Part shown: in pieces, positions 14,633-23,742 of the stretch | Layout: the number at the start of each line of letters is the position of its first letter | Numbering within the stretch: position 1 is the first letter of the stretch | Source: a virus | Virus record (IMG/VR): IMGVR_UViG_3300044788_000028 | Location: 1 to 54,321 of that record | Length of the DNA stretch: 54,321 bases | Reading direction: 5' to 3' (one strand) | The notes under the pieces: generated by a model | Databases searched by the model: none | The model's input: the letters and a program-made list of their open reading frames with translations, nothing else | What the model was told of the DNA's origin: nothing | Made by a program: the position numbers and the translations under genes

Positions 14633-15417
14633 TTCGCCTCCTCGAGTTCAGCGATCATGGATGCGCACTCCGCGTAGCCGGCGGTATCGGTGAGATTGTC
14701 GCGCTTGTGCTGATGCGCCTCGCGCGATAGCTTGACGGCGATCATCATCAGCGTAGCGAGGCGCGGCGGGATGTCGGGCAACCGCTCTTCCCCTTCGACC
14801 AGTTCATCCTTGCACAACTGCGCACGGGTGACCAGCGCAAGCCCGCACCGCTTGAGCCACCGCTCGAGCAGGGCAGACCACATACGCCCCGTCGCGCGGT
14901 AGTCGTGGATCGGGTGCCCGTAGTCGTTCCCTCGGTTGCCGTGGACGAGGCGTTGGGCTTCCTCGAGGATGGTTTCGGGCTGCACGGCACGCACGGGCGC
15001 CAGCAGGTCCGCGATCGCCGGCAGCTTCACCGTGGTCACGTTGCCGGGGTAACGGGCGGCGAACACCGGCTTCCCCAGCAGCACACAAAGGATCAACTCC
15101 ACACGCGTTCCCTTACTGCGCTCCCACCCGTCGAGCACCACCGTCGCGTCGGCCTTGGCCAACTCCGCCACGTCCTCAGCAAACATCAGCGGGAGCAGTG
15201 GGTCGCCGTAGTGGCATTTCGTCACGCCGGGGACGAAGGGGGTGTCATGTACCCGCTCCCATACGCGGGTGTTGGTGTCGAACGGGGTGATCGCCTCGTG
15301 TCCCCACGCGCGCCACGCCGCTTGCGCGTCGTTGAACGCGGGGAAGTTGTCCTGCGCGATTCCGTCCATGGGTCCTGCCACATACACACGCATTTTAGTT
15401 GTACCGTCGTGACTCAT
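14629..15417 (-). CDS. DUF4406-like (deoxyribosyltransferase-like) domain fused to a DUF6378-like domain
   Basis: The N-terminal half (MRVYVAGPMDG...NFPAFN...GHEAITP...GWERSKGTRVEL) fits DUF4406. The C-terminal half (HGNRGNDYGHP...MMIAVKLSREAH...DNLTDTAGYA) fits the phage DUF6378 pattern. Both assignments are from memory. Confidence 0.55.
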   Translation of the reverse strand: MSHDGTTKMRVYVAGPMDGIAQDNFPAFNDAQAAWRAWGHEAITPFDTNTRVWERVHDTPFVPGVTKCHYGDPLLPLMFAEDVAELAKADATVVLDGWERSKGTRVELILCVLLGKPVFAARYPGNVTTVKLPAIADLLAPVRAVQPETILEEAQRLVHGNRGNDYGHPIHDYRATGRMWSALLERWLKRCGLALVTRAQLCKDELVEGEERLPDIPPRLATLMMIAVKLSREAHQHKRDNLTDTAGYAECASMIAELEEAK

Positions 15418-15575
15418 GGGCGCTTGGGGGTGAGGCAGGCCTCAATCACCTGCGCAGGGTGAAGTTGCTGCGGCACAATCAGGAAGATGTGCTCCGCGAC
15501 GAAGGCGCACACCAACAGGAGCACGGTGATGTACGCGGACACGGCCATGCGGCGTTCGAAGCGAGTGGAGATCAT
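15414..15575 (-). CDS. Small membrane protein (53 aa)
   Basis: Hand translation gives MISTRFERRMAVSAYITVLLLVCAFVAEHIFLIVPQQLHPAQVIEACLTPKRP. ATGA overlaps at both ends. Confidence 0.5.
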   Translation of the reverse strand: MISTRFERRMAVSAYITVLLLVCAFVAEHIFLIVPQQLHPAQVIEACLTPKRP

Positions 15576-15853
15576 GCGACTCCGTCGTTCATGTAGTCGC
15601 GCAGACGCGCGTTGATGATCCGGCGCAAGTCGTCCCGCATGTGCGAGGCGAGCGTGCGCAGGTCCGGGGGCAGTCCATCCATGACATGGAGCAGCGCGGT
15701 CTCCTGCGCCTCCACCAACAGGGTGGCCACGATGTCATCGGTGAGCCAGCGCCCACCGAGCAGGGTGGCCACCATGCGTGCCTCGATCTCCGTGCGCACC
15801 TGCTGTGCCGGCGACGGGATACAGTCCGCCGGCACGAGGGCGATGTGGGTCAT
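15572..15853 (-). CDS. Hypothetical protein
   Basis: 93 aa from the ATG at 15853, with GGAGG 7 nt upstream. Confidence 0.55.
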   Translation of the reverse strand: MTHIALVPADCIPSPAQQVRTEIEARMVATLLGGRWLTDDIVATLLVEAQETALLHVMDGLPPDLRTLASHMRDDLRRIINARLRDYMNDGVA

Positions 15854-15957
15854 AGCCAATCCTCCTCGAGGTACTCCGCGATGATCTTGTTCACTTGGTC
15901 GATCAACACCAGCGTCGCGGCTTGGAACCGATGGGTCTCGTATTGGAGGAGAGGCAT
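15850..15957 (-). CDS. Small hypothetical protein (35 aa)
   Basis: Hand translation gives MPLLQYETHRFQAATLVLIDQVNKIIAEYLEEDWL. Its stop overlaps the next ATG as ATGA. Confidence 0.35.
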   Translation of the reverse strand: MPLLQYETHRFQAATLVLIDQVNKIIAEYLEEDWL

Positions 15958-15958
15958 G

Positions 15959-16153
15959 TCAGGGGAGGTAGATGGTGTCGAGTTCAACCCTGATTATGTG
16001 CATCCGGTCGCGCACCCGCCCGCACACCTGCACCGTGTGAAAGTCCTTGATCTCCACGGCTTCTACTTCGATGTTGTTGAGCAGCTGCTCAAGCTCTTGC
16101 AGCACGCTGTTGGCCGCGCGCTTGCACATCGCGCTCTCGCTGTTGTCACTCAT
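15959..16153 (-). CDS. Hypothetical protein
   Basis: 64 aa from the ATG at 16153, with GGAGG upstream. Confidence 0.55.
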   Translation of the reverse strand: MSDNSESAMCKRAANSVLQELEQLLNNIEVEAVEIKDFHTVQVCGRVRDRMHIIRVELDTIYLP

Positions 16154-16197
16154 TGAAATCCCTCCGTCGTTGGGGGTACAAGGGGAAGTATACGTGG

Positions 16198-16422
16198 TCA
16201 AGACCTGTTCTGCAAGGTGGTCAAGTGCTCGGCCCACACCCGCATATAGGCAGCGTGTTCGGCACTGGTCGCGCGCCAGAACGTTCTCGGGGCACGTACA
16301 TACCCACACTCGCGGAGAACCGAGCGGAGGGGAAGGTCCGGACGGTGACTACGCGGGTGGGGCGCGTTGGGTTTGATCTCGCACCCCGGATACGGTCTGA
16401 TCCGCAGGTAGTTACGCGGCAT
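16198..16422 (-). CDS. Hypothetical protein (weak)
   Basis: 74-aa ORF in backbone-like G+C. It fills an otherwise 258-bp gap, and its ATG overlaps the nuclease paralog 2 stop by 11 nt. Confidence 0.35.
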   Translation of the reverse strand: MPRNYLRIRPYPGCEIKPNAPHPRSHRPDLPLRSVLRECGYVRAPRTFWRATSAEHAAYMRVWAEHLTTLQNRS

Positions 16423-16810
16423 GGTTTTCTAGGTAGTAAGCAAGCGTGCGTAAAACTATCGCACTATCGCCAGCATGACCTAACACCAAGTTGCATTTCA
16501 TACATAACAACCCACGTACCTTGCCCGTTTTATGATCATGATCCACACCAAGCCGTCGGTGACCGTCGGTTTTCCTGCACCCAAAGCACCTGCCATTCTG
16601 CTTCTTCATTAGCGCACGGTAGTCTTTGACACTCATACTGTGGTGATGTTTCAGCCCGTTACGCAGTTGCGCTGCACTGGCACGGCGATGTGCTGCTTGG
16701 TATATGGAGAGTGCTTTCCGGCAACGTACACACCGGCAACCTTTGCGGTACCGACCACGCGTGCCGTGTGAAAGAACTACTGTGCGAAACCAACCACGAC
16801 CTTTACTCAT
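16412..16810 (-). CDS. Endonuclease VII-type nuclease, paralog 2 (free-standing homing-endonuclease-like)
   Basis: GTRGRYRKGCRCVRCRKA N-terminal motif and CFGC...GVDHDHKTGKVRGLLCMKCN catalytic block. Low-G+C island. The ATG at 16810 overlaps the polA stop as ATGA. Confidence 0.85.
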   Translation of the reverse strand: MSKGRGWFRTVVLSHGTRGRYRKGCRCVRCRKALSIYQAAHRRASAAQLRNGLKHHHSMSVKDYRALMKKQNGRCFGCRKTDGHRRLGVDHDHKTGKVRGLLCMKCNLVLGHAGDSAIVLRTLAYYLENHAA

Positions 16811-18831
16811 GTTGTAATCTCCGGGTGTTTTGCACACCACCAGTTGGCCCCGAGCCCGGCGTCGACCAGCAACGGCACACGCAACGGCATGGCGTCGCGC
16901 ATGATCTCCGCCACGCGGTTGCCCGTGGCTTGGTCGGGGACGCTGATGCCGATCTCGTCGTGTACGGTGACCAGCGGGAGGAACCCCTCGCGGTGCACGG
17001 CGACCAGCGCGGCCTTCATCATGTCTGCGGCGCTCCCTTGGATGAGACGGTTCATCGCCTTGTGCGGCGACTCGTGAGCCGGGAAGCGGCAGCGTCGCCC
17101 GGCAATGGTCTTGATCACCTTGTCCGCCCGCGCTTTCCGCTGGCAGGCGTCGTTCAACTGCTGCACGAACGGGGCGTTGGCGTGGTACTGCTGCATGATA
17201 CGCAGACCCTCTTCGCCCGGCGCTTCCGTACGATTGCCACGGCCATCGTCCACCCACACCGTCGGGAGCCCGAGACGGTGGCACAACGTCACCGCGCCCA
17301 TCCCATACGCCGCGGCGAGGTTGATGGTCTTGGCACTGTCGCGGTCGAGCCCTGTCAGCGTGGCCATGAACTGGTGATAGTCCATGTCGGGGTTGTTCTT
17401 GTACTGCTCGACCGCCGCGGCGGCGCCCACGCAGTTGATCACGTCCGCGTAGTGTACCGTGAGGCGTGGCTCCTGCTGGCTGTAGTCGGCCGCACACCAG
17501 AACTCACCGGGCTCGGGGAGGAACAGGGCGCGCATGGCCGGACCGATCAGCTTGTTCCGTGTGGGGATGTTCTGTAGGTTTGGGTAGCTCGAGCTATAGC
17601 GTCCGCTCACCGTGCCCCCGTCGTCTGACCGCAGCGAGTTGAACTGGCAGTGGACCCTTCCCTTGACGTGCATGTCGAGGATATACCCTTGCGCGAAGGT
17701 ACTGCCCGCCTTGTCGAGCGTGCGCACGGTCAGGACATGCTGCAACCACGGCTCGGCACGCGTGGTCAACCATCCCGCGGTAAAGCTGGGCTGCCCGTGG
17801 GGATTGCGGTCTGTGGGCGCCGTGAACGGGTACACGACCCCCGTCGCTTCGCAGGCCTTGGCAATCGCCTGCGCCTCCCACACCGGGACATCGAACCCGA
17901 CCAACCGCTTGATCTCCCCCTCGAGGGTCTTCTGTTCCTGTGCCCAACGGTCTACCAGGAGCTCCGCGCCCACCGTGTCGACTGCAACCCCGTTGTTCCG
18001 CATGGCAATCAGAATAGGGAGCTGCGCCATCTCGAGGGCGTACACGCGCAGGAGCCGCTCAGACTCAATCTTTGTCGACAGCTTGATGACCAGTTCGCGC
18101 GCGAGCACGGCGTCGGCTTCGGCGTAGGGTCCAACATAGCGCGCCGGGAGAAAGCGCAGTTGTGACTTGAGGTCCGTGAGGTGGTAGTACGCCGCAGCTT
18201 TACGCAGCACGCCTTCGTCCTTGCCGGCGAAGCCGTAATCCTTCGCCACCGCGTCCAGCTTGTAGCTCCGGCGGTGCTCGTCGAGCAGGGACGCCATGAC
18301 GAATCCGTCATGGACCATACCCTTCGGATATCCGCATCCGTACGCCATGCACCATCCGATATCGTAGAGCGCAGAGTAACAACACACGGTCACCGTGGGG
18401 TCAGCAAACAGATCGCGCAACCACGCCATGACGTGCTCGCGGGTCAGCTGGTCGGCGCCGGCTTCTGGATGGCTGAAGGGGAAGTAGGCTTGCCCACCCG
18501 GCCACGCGATCGCGATCCCCAGCACCTCACCTCCGTCCTCGGGGAAGCACCAGCCCGCACCGCGCGACTTGATTGTGCGGTCCCACGTCTCCACGTCCAC
18601 CGCTATGGTGCAGTCGTGCAGGCGGGGAAGCTCGGTAGGGCACGACCACACGGACTCCGGTGGTGGGCCGTAGCCGGGTGTGCCCACCCCAGCCAGCGAC
18701 GTGCCGGCGTTCCCCTCCCGCCCCCGGTGTGCGCGGTCCTGACGCTCCCCGCCCTTCCGCTTGGGCAAGCCGGGGAGATCACCCTTCTTGATGTCCTTCC
18801 AAAAGAACCCGCGCTCGTCGCCGAACTGCAT
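16807..18831 (-). CDS. Family A DNA polymerase with 3'-5' exonuclease domain (T7-like)
   Basis: Exo I motif IAVDVET. Pol motif A DYSQQEPRL, motif B KTINLAAAYGMG and motif C VTVHDEI. ATG at 18831 (TGATG overlap with the upstream nuclease gene). Confidence 0.9.
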   Translation of the reverse strand: MQFGDERGFFWKDIKKGDLPGLPKRKGGERQDRAHRGREGNAGTSLAGVGTPGYGPPPESVWSCPTELPRLHDCTIAVDVETWDRTIKSRGAGWCFPEDGGEVLGIAIAWPGGQAYFPFSHPEAGADQLTREHVMAWLRDLFADPTVTVCCYSALYDIGWCMAYGCGYPKGMVHDGFVMASLLDEHRRSYKLDAVAKDYGFAGKDEGVLRKAAAYYHLTDLKSQLRFLPARYVGPYAEADAVLARELVIKLSTKIESERLLRVYALEMAQLPILIAMRNNGVAVDTVGAELLVDRWAQEQKTLEGEIKRLVGFDVPVWEAQAIAKACEATGVVYPFTAPTDRNPHGQPSFTAGWLTTRAEPWLQHVLTVRTLDKAGSTFAQGYILDMHVKGRVHCQFNSLRSDDGGTVSGRYSSSYPNLQNIPTRNKLIGPAMRALFLPEPGEFWCAADYSQQEPRLTVHYADVINCVGAAAAVEQYKNNPDMDYHQFMATLTGLDRDSAKTINLAAAYGMGAVTLCHRLGLPTVWVDDGRGNRTEAPGEEGLRIMQQYHANAPFVQQLNDACQRKARADKVIKTIAGRRCRFPAHESPHKAMNRLIQGSAADMMKAALVAVHREGFLPLVTVHDEIGISVPDQATGNRVAEIMRDAMPLRVPLLVDAGLGANWWCAKHPEITT

Positions 18832-19268
18832 CAGACGCAACGCCTCCGTATATAGGACAAAAGAGCGCGCGCAATGATTGGATCTTCGTGTACTTGTCCG
18901 ACCGCGTGGTTACAATGGAAGCACAGCAACCCGCGTATTTTTCCTGTTGTATGGTTATGATCTACAGCGAGTCGATAAAGAGTACCGTGTGCAACCTTGG
19001 ACTCCGTGCGTTTGCAGATGGCACATACACCACGTTGACGTTGAAGAAGTTGATTGTACTGCACCAAGGACATCCCATACATAGCTCGCAGGTTCGCACC
19101 ACGCCATATATCAGGACGTGCTTTACGTCGGGAGAGAGCCCATGTGTTGTTTGCTTTCTTGCACCGCGCGCACCTGCATCCGCGAAGTGGATAGGTGTTT
19201 GGGTCAAACCAATACCGTCGAACGGTACCGTGTGGCGCGGGCGGTTTGGATGCTCTGCGTTTAGACAC
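18831..19268 (-). CDS. Endonuclease VII-type nuclease, paralog 3
   Basis: GTVRRYW...RGCRCARCKKA and CAIC...AVDHNHTTGKIRGLLCFHCN. Low-G+C island. Probable GTG start at 19268, overlapping the queE stop. Confidence 0.8.
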   Translation of the reverse strand: MSKRRASKPPAPHGTVRRYWFDPNTYPLRGCRCARCKKANNTWALSRRKARPDIWRGANLRAMYGMSLVQYNQLLQRQRGVCAICKRTESKVAHGTLYRLAVDHNHTTGKIRGLLCFHCNHAVGQVHEDPIIARALLSYIRRRCV

Positions 19269-20040
19269 CGAGGCGATTTCCCCAGATAAGGCAATGCAGT
19301 TGCGGGAGCACGCGTGTATCATACCATCCTTGCTCGAGGACCTTTTCAGCCAGCACTTTCAAACTACTCAACAACTCCCCGCGCTGACGGTCTAGTGCGG
19401 CGAAGTTCCCCAAGGACACTCCTTCGCGCACCGTCACGTCATCATTGCCGACTTGCAAGTAGAGCGGGACATCGTAGTGCACCGCCAGTTCGTGGACCTG
19501 CGCGGCGTACTCGAAGTCCTTCTTGAAGGCGTTGCCGGTGAACACAACCACCTTCAGGATGGTATCCTTCGGGCGGTAGCGGTAGCTCAGGCCGGATAGA
19601 GACCGCATCCCAAGCAACTCACCCAGCGTCGACCAGTTGGTTGTCATCCCGCTGCTCGGCGGCTTGGGACTGATACAGAGGTGGTCAAGCTGCGCCATCC
19701 AGTCATGGATGATTGAGCCCTGCGTTTCCATGGTGAAGGTGAACCCCTGCTGGTGCCCGAGGCGAATGAGTTCCTCACATCCGTTTTGCAGCGCAGGGTT
19801 GCCACCGCTCAGCGTGATGAGGATGGGTTGGTCACCAGTGAGACGGCAGACGTCCATGAGCACGTCTTCCGGTGGCATCTGCGTCCACTTGTGCCGGTGT
19901 TCCGGGAGCACCGCGTGCAGCGAGTCACACCACGAGCAGCGGTAGTCACACCCGCCGAGCCGCACGAAGACGGTGGGGCGCCCGATCATCGAACCTTCTC
20001 CTTGAATCGTTGGCCCAAACACCTCTGATACTCTCAGCAT
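19261..20040 (-). CDS. queE: 7-carboxy-7-deazaguanine synthase (radical SAM)
   Basis: FGPTIQGEG...FVRLGGCDYRCSWCDS radical-SAM cluster motif. 259 aa, a size typical of QueE. Confidence 0.85.
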   Translation of the reverse strand: MLRVSEVFGPTIQGEGSMIGRPTVFVRLGGCDYRCSWCDSLHAVLPEHRHKWTQMPPEDVLMDVCRLTGDQPILITLSGGNPALQNGCEELIRLGHQQGFTFTMETQGSIIHDWMAQLDHLCISPKPPSSGMTTNWSTLGELLGMRSLSGLSYRYRPKDTILKVVVFTGNAFKKDFEYAAQVHELAVHYDVPLYLQVGNDDVTVREGVSLGNFAALDRQRGELLSSLKVLAEKVLEQGWYDTRVLPQLHCLIWGNRLGV

Positions 20041-20462
20041 ATATTGTGTCTCTTGATATAGGTAAGAAGACCACTAAGGACAGCAGGATCGTCTCTTGCT
20101 GAGCCAAGTGCCATATTGCACAGCGTACAAAGAATCCCACGCACGGTACCAGTCGTATGGTCGTGGTCAACGGTAAGTCTTTCCTTGCTCTTGCACACGG
20201 CACAAGTCCCGCGCTGTTTGGCAAGTAGCAAGTTGTACTGTGCTAGTGTGATACCGTACAAAGTTTTCAGCCGCCACTTCCTGATTACATCAGGGGAAGG
20301 TTTCTTTCGTGGACGAACATTACGGTACCGTTTTTGCTTTTGGTACAAGGCGCGCCGATTGCGGCGACGGTAAACTTTGTGGTACACGGAACTTGCCACT
20401 TTACACGGGGAACATCTGCACCGACCATTTACATATCGGGAAATGGTGCCATGCTTAGACAT
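20034..20462 (-). CDS. Endonuclease VII-type nuclease, paralog 4
   Basis: MSKHGTISRYVNGRCRCSPCKVA and CAVC...TVDHDHTTGTVRGILCTLCN. Hand counts give about 42-53% G+C, versus about 63% in a terL stretch. Confidence 0.85.
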   Translation of the reverse strand: MSKHGTISRYVNGRCRCSPCKVASSVYHKVYRRRNRRALYQKQKRYRNVRPRKKPSPDVIRKWRLKTLYGITLAQYNLLLAKQRGTCAVCKSKERLTVDHDHTTGTVRGILCTLCNMALGSARDDPAVLSGLLTYIKRHNIC

Positions 20463-20718
20463 CGAGTTTGGGATAGAGGTTGGCGAGCCCGCCGGCGAGG
20501 GACTCGGTGACTTCGCGCCATGCGCCGGCGCGGACCTCCGCACGGCACCCCCGTTGTCCGGCGGGTGCCGTGTCGTCCTTGTAGAGCACGCGGTACGCGA
20601 TACCGTCAGGGGTGCGTCCCACGCTGTAGCAGATGTCGGTCATCTTCACGATACGCCCGGTGCCCAGCACCAGCAGCGTGCCGGGTTCAAGCTTGGGGTT
20701 ATCACTCAGCACGGTCAT
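20455..20718 (-). CDS. Hypothetical protein
   Basis: 87 aa from the ATG at 20718 (alternative ATG at 20730). No motif recognised. Confidence 0.45.
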   Translation of the reverse strand: MTVLSDNPKLEPGTLLVLGTGRIVKMTDICYSVGRTPDGIAYRVLYKDDTAPAGQRGCRAEVRAGAWREVTESLAGGLANLYPKLDV

Positions 20719-21181
20719 AGCGCCCTGCATTGTTGATGGCGTCGTGCGTGAAGGTGGCCCCACTGAGCGCCAGCGGGATCAACCACAACAGGTTCGGCAC
20801 CACGCCCCATCGCTCGAGGTCCCGCACGCGGAGGCGGGTGCACTGCTCATCGGTAACGGTCTGCACCCGCATGAACGTATCATAAGGCACGGTCATGGAG
20901 AAGAAATCCACACGCCACGGCTTGTCGCTCCCCACCTTCGGGTCAGTGCTGTTACCGATGGTCAGGAAGTAATCGTCGTGCGTCCATGACAGGTCGAGTC
21001 CGGTCTCCTCCCGGAACTCGCGGGTCATGGCCATCGCACCGCTCTCCCCCGGCTCTACCTTGCCCCCGATCCCGTTGAGCTTGCCGCGCTGCCACGACGG
21101 GCGCTGCTTGCGGATCAACCACACCTCGATGCCGTCAGGGTCATCCTCACAGAACAGGAACCCCACCACATAGCGGATCAT
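20702..21181 (-). CDS. NUDIX (MutT-like) hydrolase
   Basis: Nudix box GGKVEPGESGAMAMTREFREETGL (Gx5Ex7REUxEExGU). ATGA overlap with the clamp gene stop. Confidence 0.85.
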   Translation of the reverse strand: MIRYVVGFLFCEDDPDGIEVWLIRKQRPSWQRGKLNGIGGKVEPGESGAMAMTREFREETGLDLSWTHDDYFLTIGNSTDPKVGSDKPWRVDFFSMTVPYDTFMRVQTVTDEQCTRLRVRDLERWGVVPNLLWLIPLALSGATFTHDAINNAGRYDRAE

Positions 21182-22188
21182 GCGTGTCTCCCCAGCACCA
21201 CCCCGGTGAGCAGGCCGTCCTCACTGATGAAGCCGGCTGGCTTGGGGAACGCTGTCAGGTCGATGTACTTCGCCCGTGCGACCACGGGCGTCAGGAACTT
21301 TGGGGTCCACGAACTGGTGAACTCGGTGACACTGCCGATGCCCACGTCGAGCACGACGTGCGCACCTTCCTCCCCGCCCTCCATGGTGTCGTGCCCGATC
21401 TTGATGTGTTCGTTCTCGGGGGTCAGTTCCGTCAGCTGGTGATACGTATCCCGGAACTCCGGTGTGACCTCGAAGCTGCTCTCCGGGTCCGGCAGGTGCT
21501 TGTCCACGATCTCTGACGCAGCAGGGAACTCGCCGATGACCCCGGCACAGCGCACCCACGCGCCGTTATCCCAGCGAAAGAACCATGCGTGGTCCGCCAC
21601 GGCCCACTCCGTCAAGTGCTCGTGGTGTGAGGTGATGAAGTCGAACGCCCAGCGGGGGAGCAGCACGTCCATGTCCGCGACCGCCGGGTGCTGTACCTTG
21701 TACCGTCCGATGGCGACGTTGGTGGTCGCGATCAGGTACCCGCGTTGGAATCCGACGCACGTGGACCACACCCGTGCGGCGTTGGCGCCGATGAAGGGCT
21801 CGACTGCCCGCAACGCCGTCATCAACTCCTCGGTCCACGGGTGCCACGTCAGCGTCTGAAGCAGGGCGTCGTAGTCGTAGGGCCATGCGTCCCGGGGCAT
21901 GGTGGCGAAGGTGCAGCGCAGCTTGCCCGCCTTGAGCACCGCCTGCGTCGCGCTGGTGGGCCACGTCAGGGTCATCGCGCGGTCAGGACCCACGCTGACG
22001 AGGACCTTCTGCAAGGGCGCGCCGGGGAGCAGGGCAGCAGGGCCGCCGTAGTCCACGGGGTGCACCGCACACACGTTGCCGTCGGTCGCCGCCATACGCC
22101 CCGGCTCGAGCATGAAGTGGCTAAGCGCGGGCACCACGCCCTTGGTGGTCAGCGCGTCCTTGAGCCAGCTTACCGCCCGTAGCATCAT
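21178..22188 (-). CDS. DNA polymerase III beta sliding-clamp-like protein
   Basis: Segments align by eye with E. coli DnaN: GRMAATDGNVCAV; GKLRCTFATMPRDAWP versus GRSRFSLSTLPAADFP; LIATTNVAIGRY versus TVATDGHRLAV; VIGEFPAASEIV versus VDGRFPDYRRVL. Confidence 0.8.
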   Translation of the reverse strand: MMLRAVSWLKDALTTKGVVPALSHFMLEPGRMAATDGNVCAVHPVDYGGPAALLPGAPLQKVLVSVGPDRAMTLTWPTSATQAVLKAGKLRCTFATMPRDAWPYDYDALLQTLTWHPWTEELMTALRAVEPFIGANAARVWSTCVGFQRGYLIATTNVAIGRYKVQHPAVADMDVLLPRWAFDFITSHHEHLTEWAVADHAWFFRWDNGAWVRCAGVIGEFPAASEIVDKHLPDPESSFEVTPEFRDTYHQLTELTPENEHIKIGHDTMEGGEEGAHVVLDVGIGSVTEFTSSWTPKFLTPVVARAKYIDLTAFPKPAGFISEDGLLTGVVLGRHA

Positions 22189-22325
22189 GGTGCTTCCTCC
22201 TGTGCCTTCGCGATCGCCGCCTTCGCGGCTATCTTGCCGTACCGCGCCAGCATCTCCGCGTACAGCGCGCCGTCCTTGGTGCGCACGCAGATTGCCGCGT
22301 CATGCTCGAGGTCGCCCGTGGTCAT
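22185..22325 (-). CDS. Small hypothetical protein (46 aa)
   Basis: Hand translation gives MTTGDLEHDAAICVRTKDGALYAEMLARYGKIAAKAAIAKAQEEAP. ATGA overlaps with both dpdA and the clamp gene. Confidence 0.5.
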   Translation of the reverse strand: MTTGDLEHDAAICVRTKDGALYAEMLARYGKIAAKAAIAKAQEEAP

Positions 22326-23209
22326 AGGTCGAAGGTGGATTGCCGTTTGGTGAACCGCTCCACGCCCTTGGTTTCGAAGGAGCGATAGGTGCGGGCACAG
22401 ACCAGCTGACGGGGATGATGATGTGCAGCAAGGTCGGCCGCGGCGTACCCGTGCTTCGCCAGTGCCGCGTCGACCTCTGCCTTCTGGAGTTCCGGCATGG
22501 TGTTGTAGTGGGAGCCCTGCAAGTCGCGCGCACTCGGACTCTGTGGACTGAACGAGACGAGGAGTATCTTACCACTCGACACTTCGATGAGGGCGTTGCC
22601 GAACGCTGCGATCTGTAACCACGAGCTGGAGTCGACGCTGTACCACGGGAACGCGCGCATCAGGGAAAAGGTGGTCATGCCGAACCCGTGGACCTTGGTG
22701 TACGGTTTGCCCTCCTCATCCGTAGCGATGTCCCACGCGGTCTCCAACCACTCCTTGCGGTGCACACCGGGCACGCCGACGAGTCCCCCGAAGGCCATAT
22801 ACTCCACCTCGTGGCACATCCGCTTGAGCACACTCCACGCCTCCCCATAATGGAACGTGGGGATCGCTTTGATGCCAGCGTCCCGCATGGTGCAGTACGC
22901 CTCCCACGTCGCTACGTCATCCCCGATGACATCGAGCGCGGCAACCACGGTCCAGAACTCCGCCGTGCTTTGGCAGTAGTCCATGAACTTCGCCAAGCTG
23001 ATCGTCTCCCCCTTGGCCTTGGCACTGAACGCCCCGCAGTCGAGGAACAGGTCCATGCCCATCTCCCGCATGGTCAGCACGTCGCGGGTGGGTTGGTTCT
23101 CGTTGCTGTACCCGTGGTAGTAATACGACATCAGTCGGCGGGAGAGGTGGACACCCACACTCTGCTCCCACGCCGCCGTGCCCTGCTCACCTGCCAAGTA
23201 CACCCTCAC
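22322..23209 (-). CDS. dpdA: DpdA-family DNA guanine transglycosylase (7-deazaguanine insertion into DNA)
   Basis: RLMSYYYH, FLDCGAFS, LDVIGDD, MAFGGLVG and YSVDSSSW match the phage DpdA / TGT-like pattern (from memory). GTG at 23209 forms a GTGA overlap with the queD stop. The upstream part of the track ORF was discarded. Confidence 0.8.
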   Translation of the reverse strand: MRVYLAGEQGTAAWEQSVGVHLSRRLMSYYYHGYSNENQPTRDVLTMREMGMDLFLDCGAFSAKAKGETISLAKFMDYCQSTAEFWTVVAALDVIGDDVATWEAYCTMRDAGIKAIPTFHYGEAWSVLKRMCHEVEYMAFGGLVGVPGVHRKEWLETAWDIATDEEGKPYTKVHGFGMTTFSLMRAFPWYSVDSSSWLQIAAFGNALIEVSSGKILLVSFSPQSPSARDLQGSHYNTMPELQKAEVDAALAKHGYAAADLAAHHHPRQLVCARTYRSFETKGVERFTKRQSTFDL

Positions 23210-23742
23210 GCGCGCTTCCCATACTTGCGAGTGATGTGCGACGGGGGGATGTAATCGGCGTAGCAGTTGGGTGTCTCCCACACCCGCACCTTCGTCAACC
23301 ACACCTTGCCAGCAGTCAGCTTGCGCACGGTGGCGTCGACCATCGTGTACCACACGTGAGCCAAGTGCTCTGCCGTGGGCACCACGTCCAACAGTACAAC
23401 CTTTCCTACGTTCAGCCCCTGCGTGACACGCAGGCGGTACTTGGGTCGTGTAACGCTGACCCCGAACCATTGTGTCGCCAGCGGGTCCTTGTACCAGAGG
23501 CACAGCGCGTGGTCGAAGTTGACGTCGATGCAGTCCATCATCGCGTCCTTCAGTACCCCGAAGTCCGTGACCATGCCCTGCTCAGCACCCTGCTTGACCA
23601 GCGACAGGGTGGTCGCCGTGGCTTCGATCAGGTAGCGGTGCCCGTGCACGTTGCGGCACTTGCTGGCATGGTTGGTCACGCGATGGCCCATGTCGATGCC
23701 GATCTGCCGGGTGATCTCGACTCGTCCGTTGGGTGATGTCAT
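23206..23742 (-). CDS. queD: 6-carboxy-5,6,7,8-tetrahydropterin synthase
   Basis: IDMGHRVTNHASKCRNVHGHRY matches the PTPS/QueD catalytic Cys-His motif. 178 aa. Confidence 0.85.
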   Translation of the reverse strand: MTSPNGRVEITRQIGIDMGHRVTNHASKCRNVHGHRYLIEATATTLSLVKQGAEQGMVTDFGVLKDAMMDCIDVNFDHALCLWYKDPLATQWFGVSVTRPKYRLRVTQGLNVGKVVLLDVVPTAEHLAHVWYTMVDATVRKLTAGKVWLTKVRVWETPNCYADYIPPSHITRKYGKRA

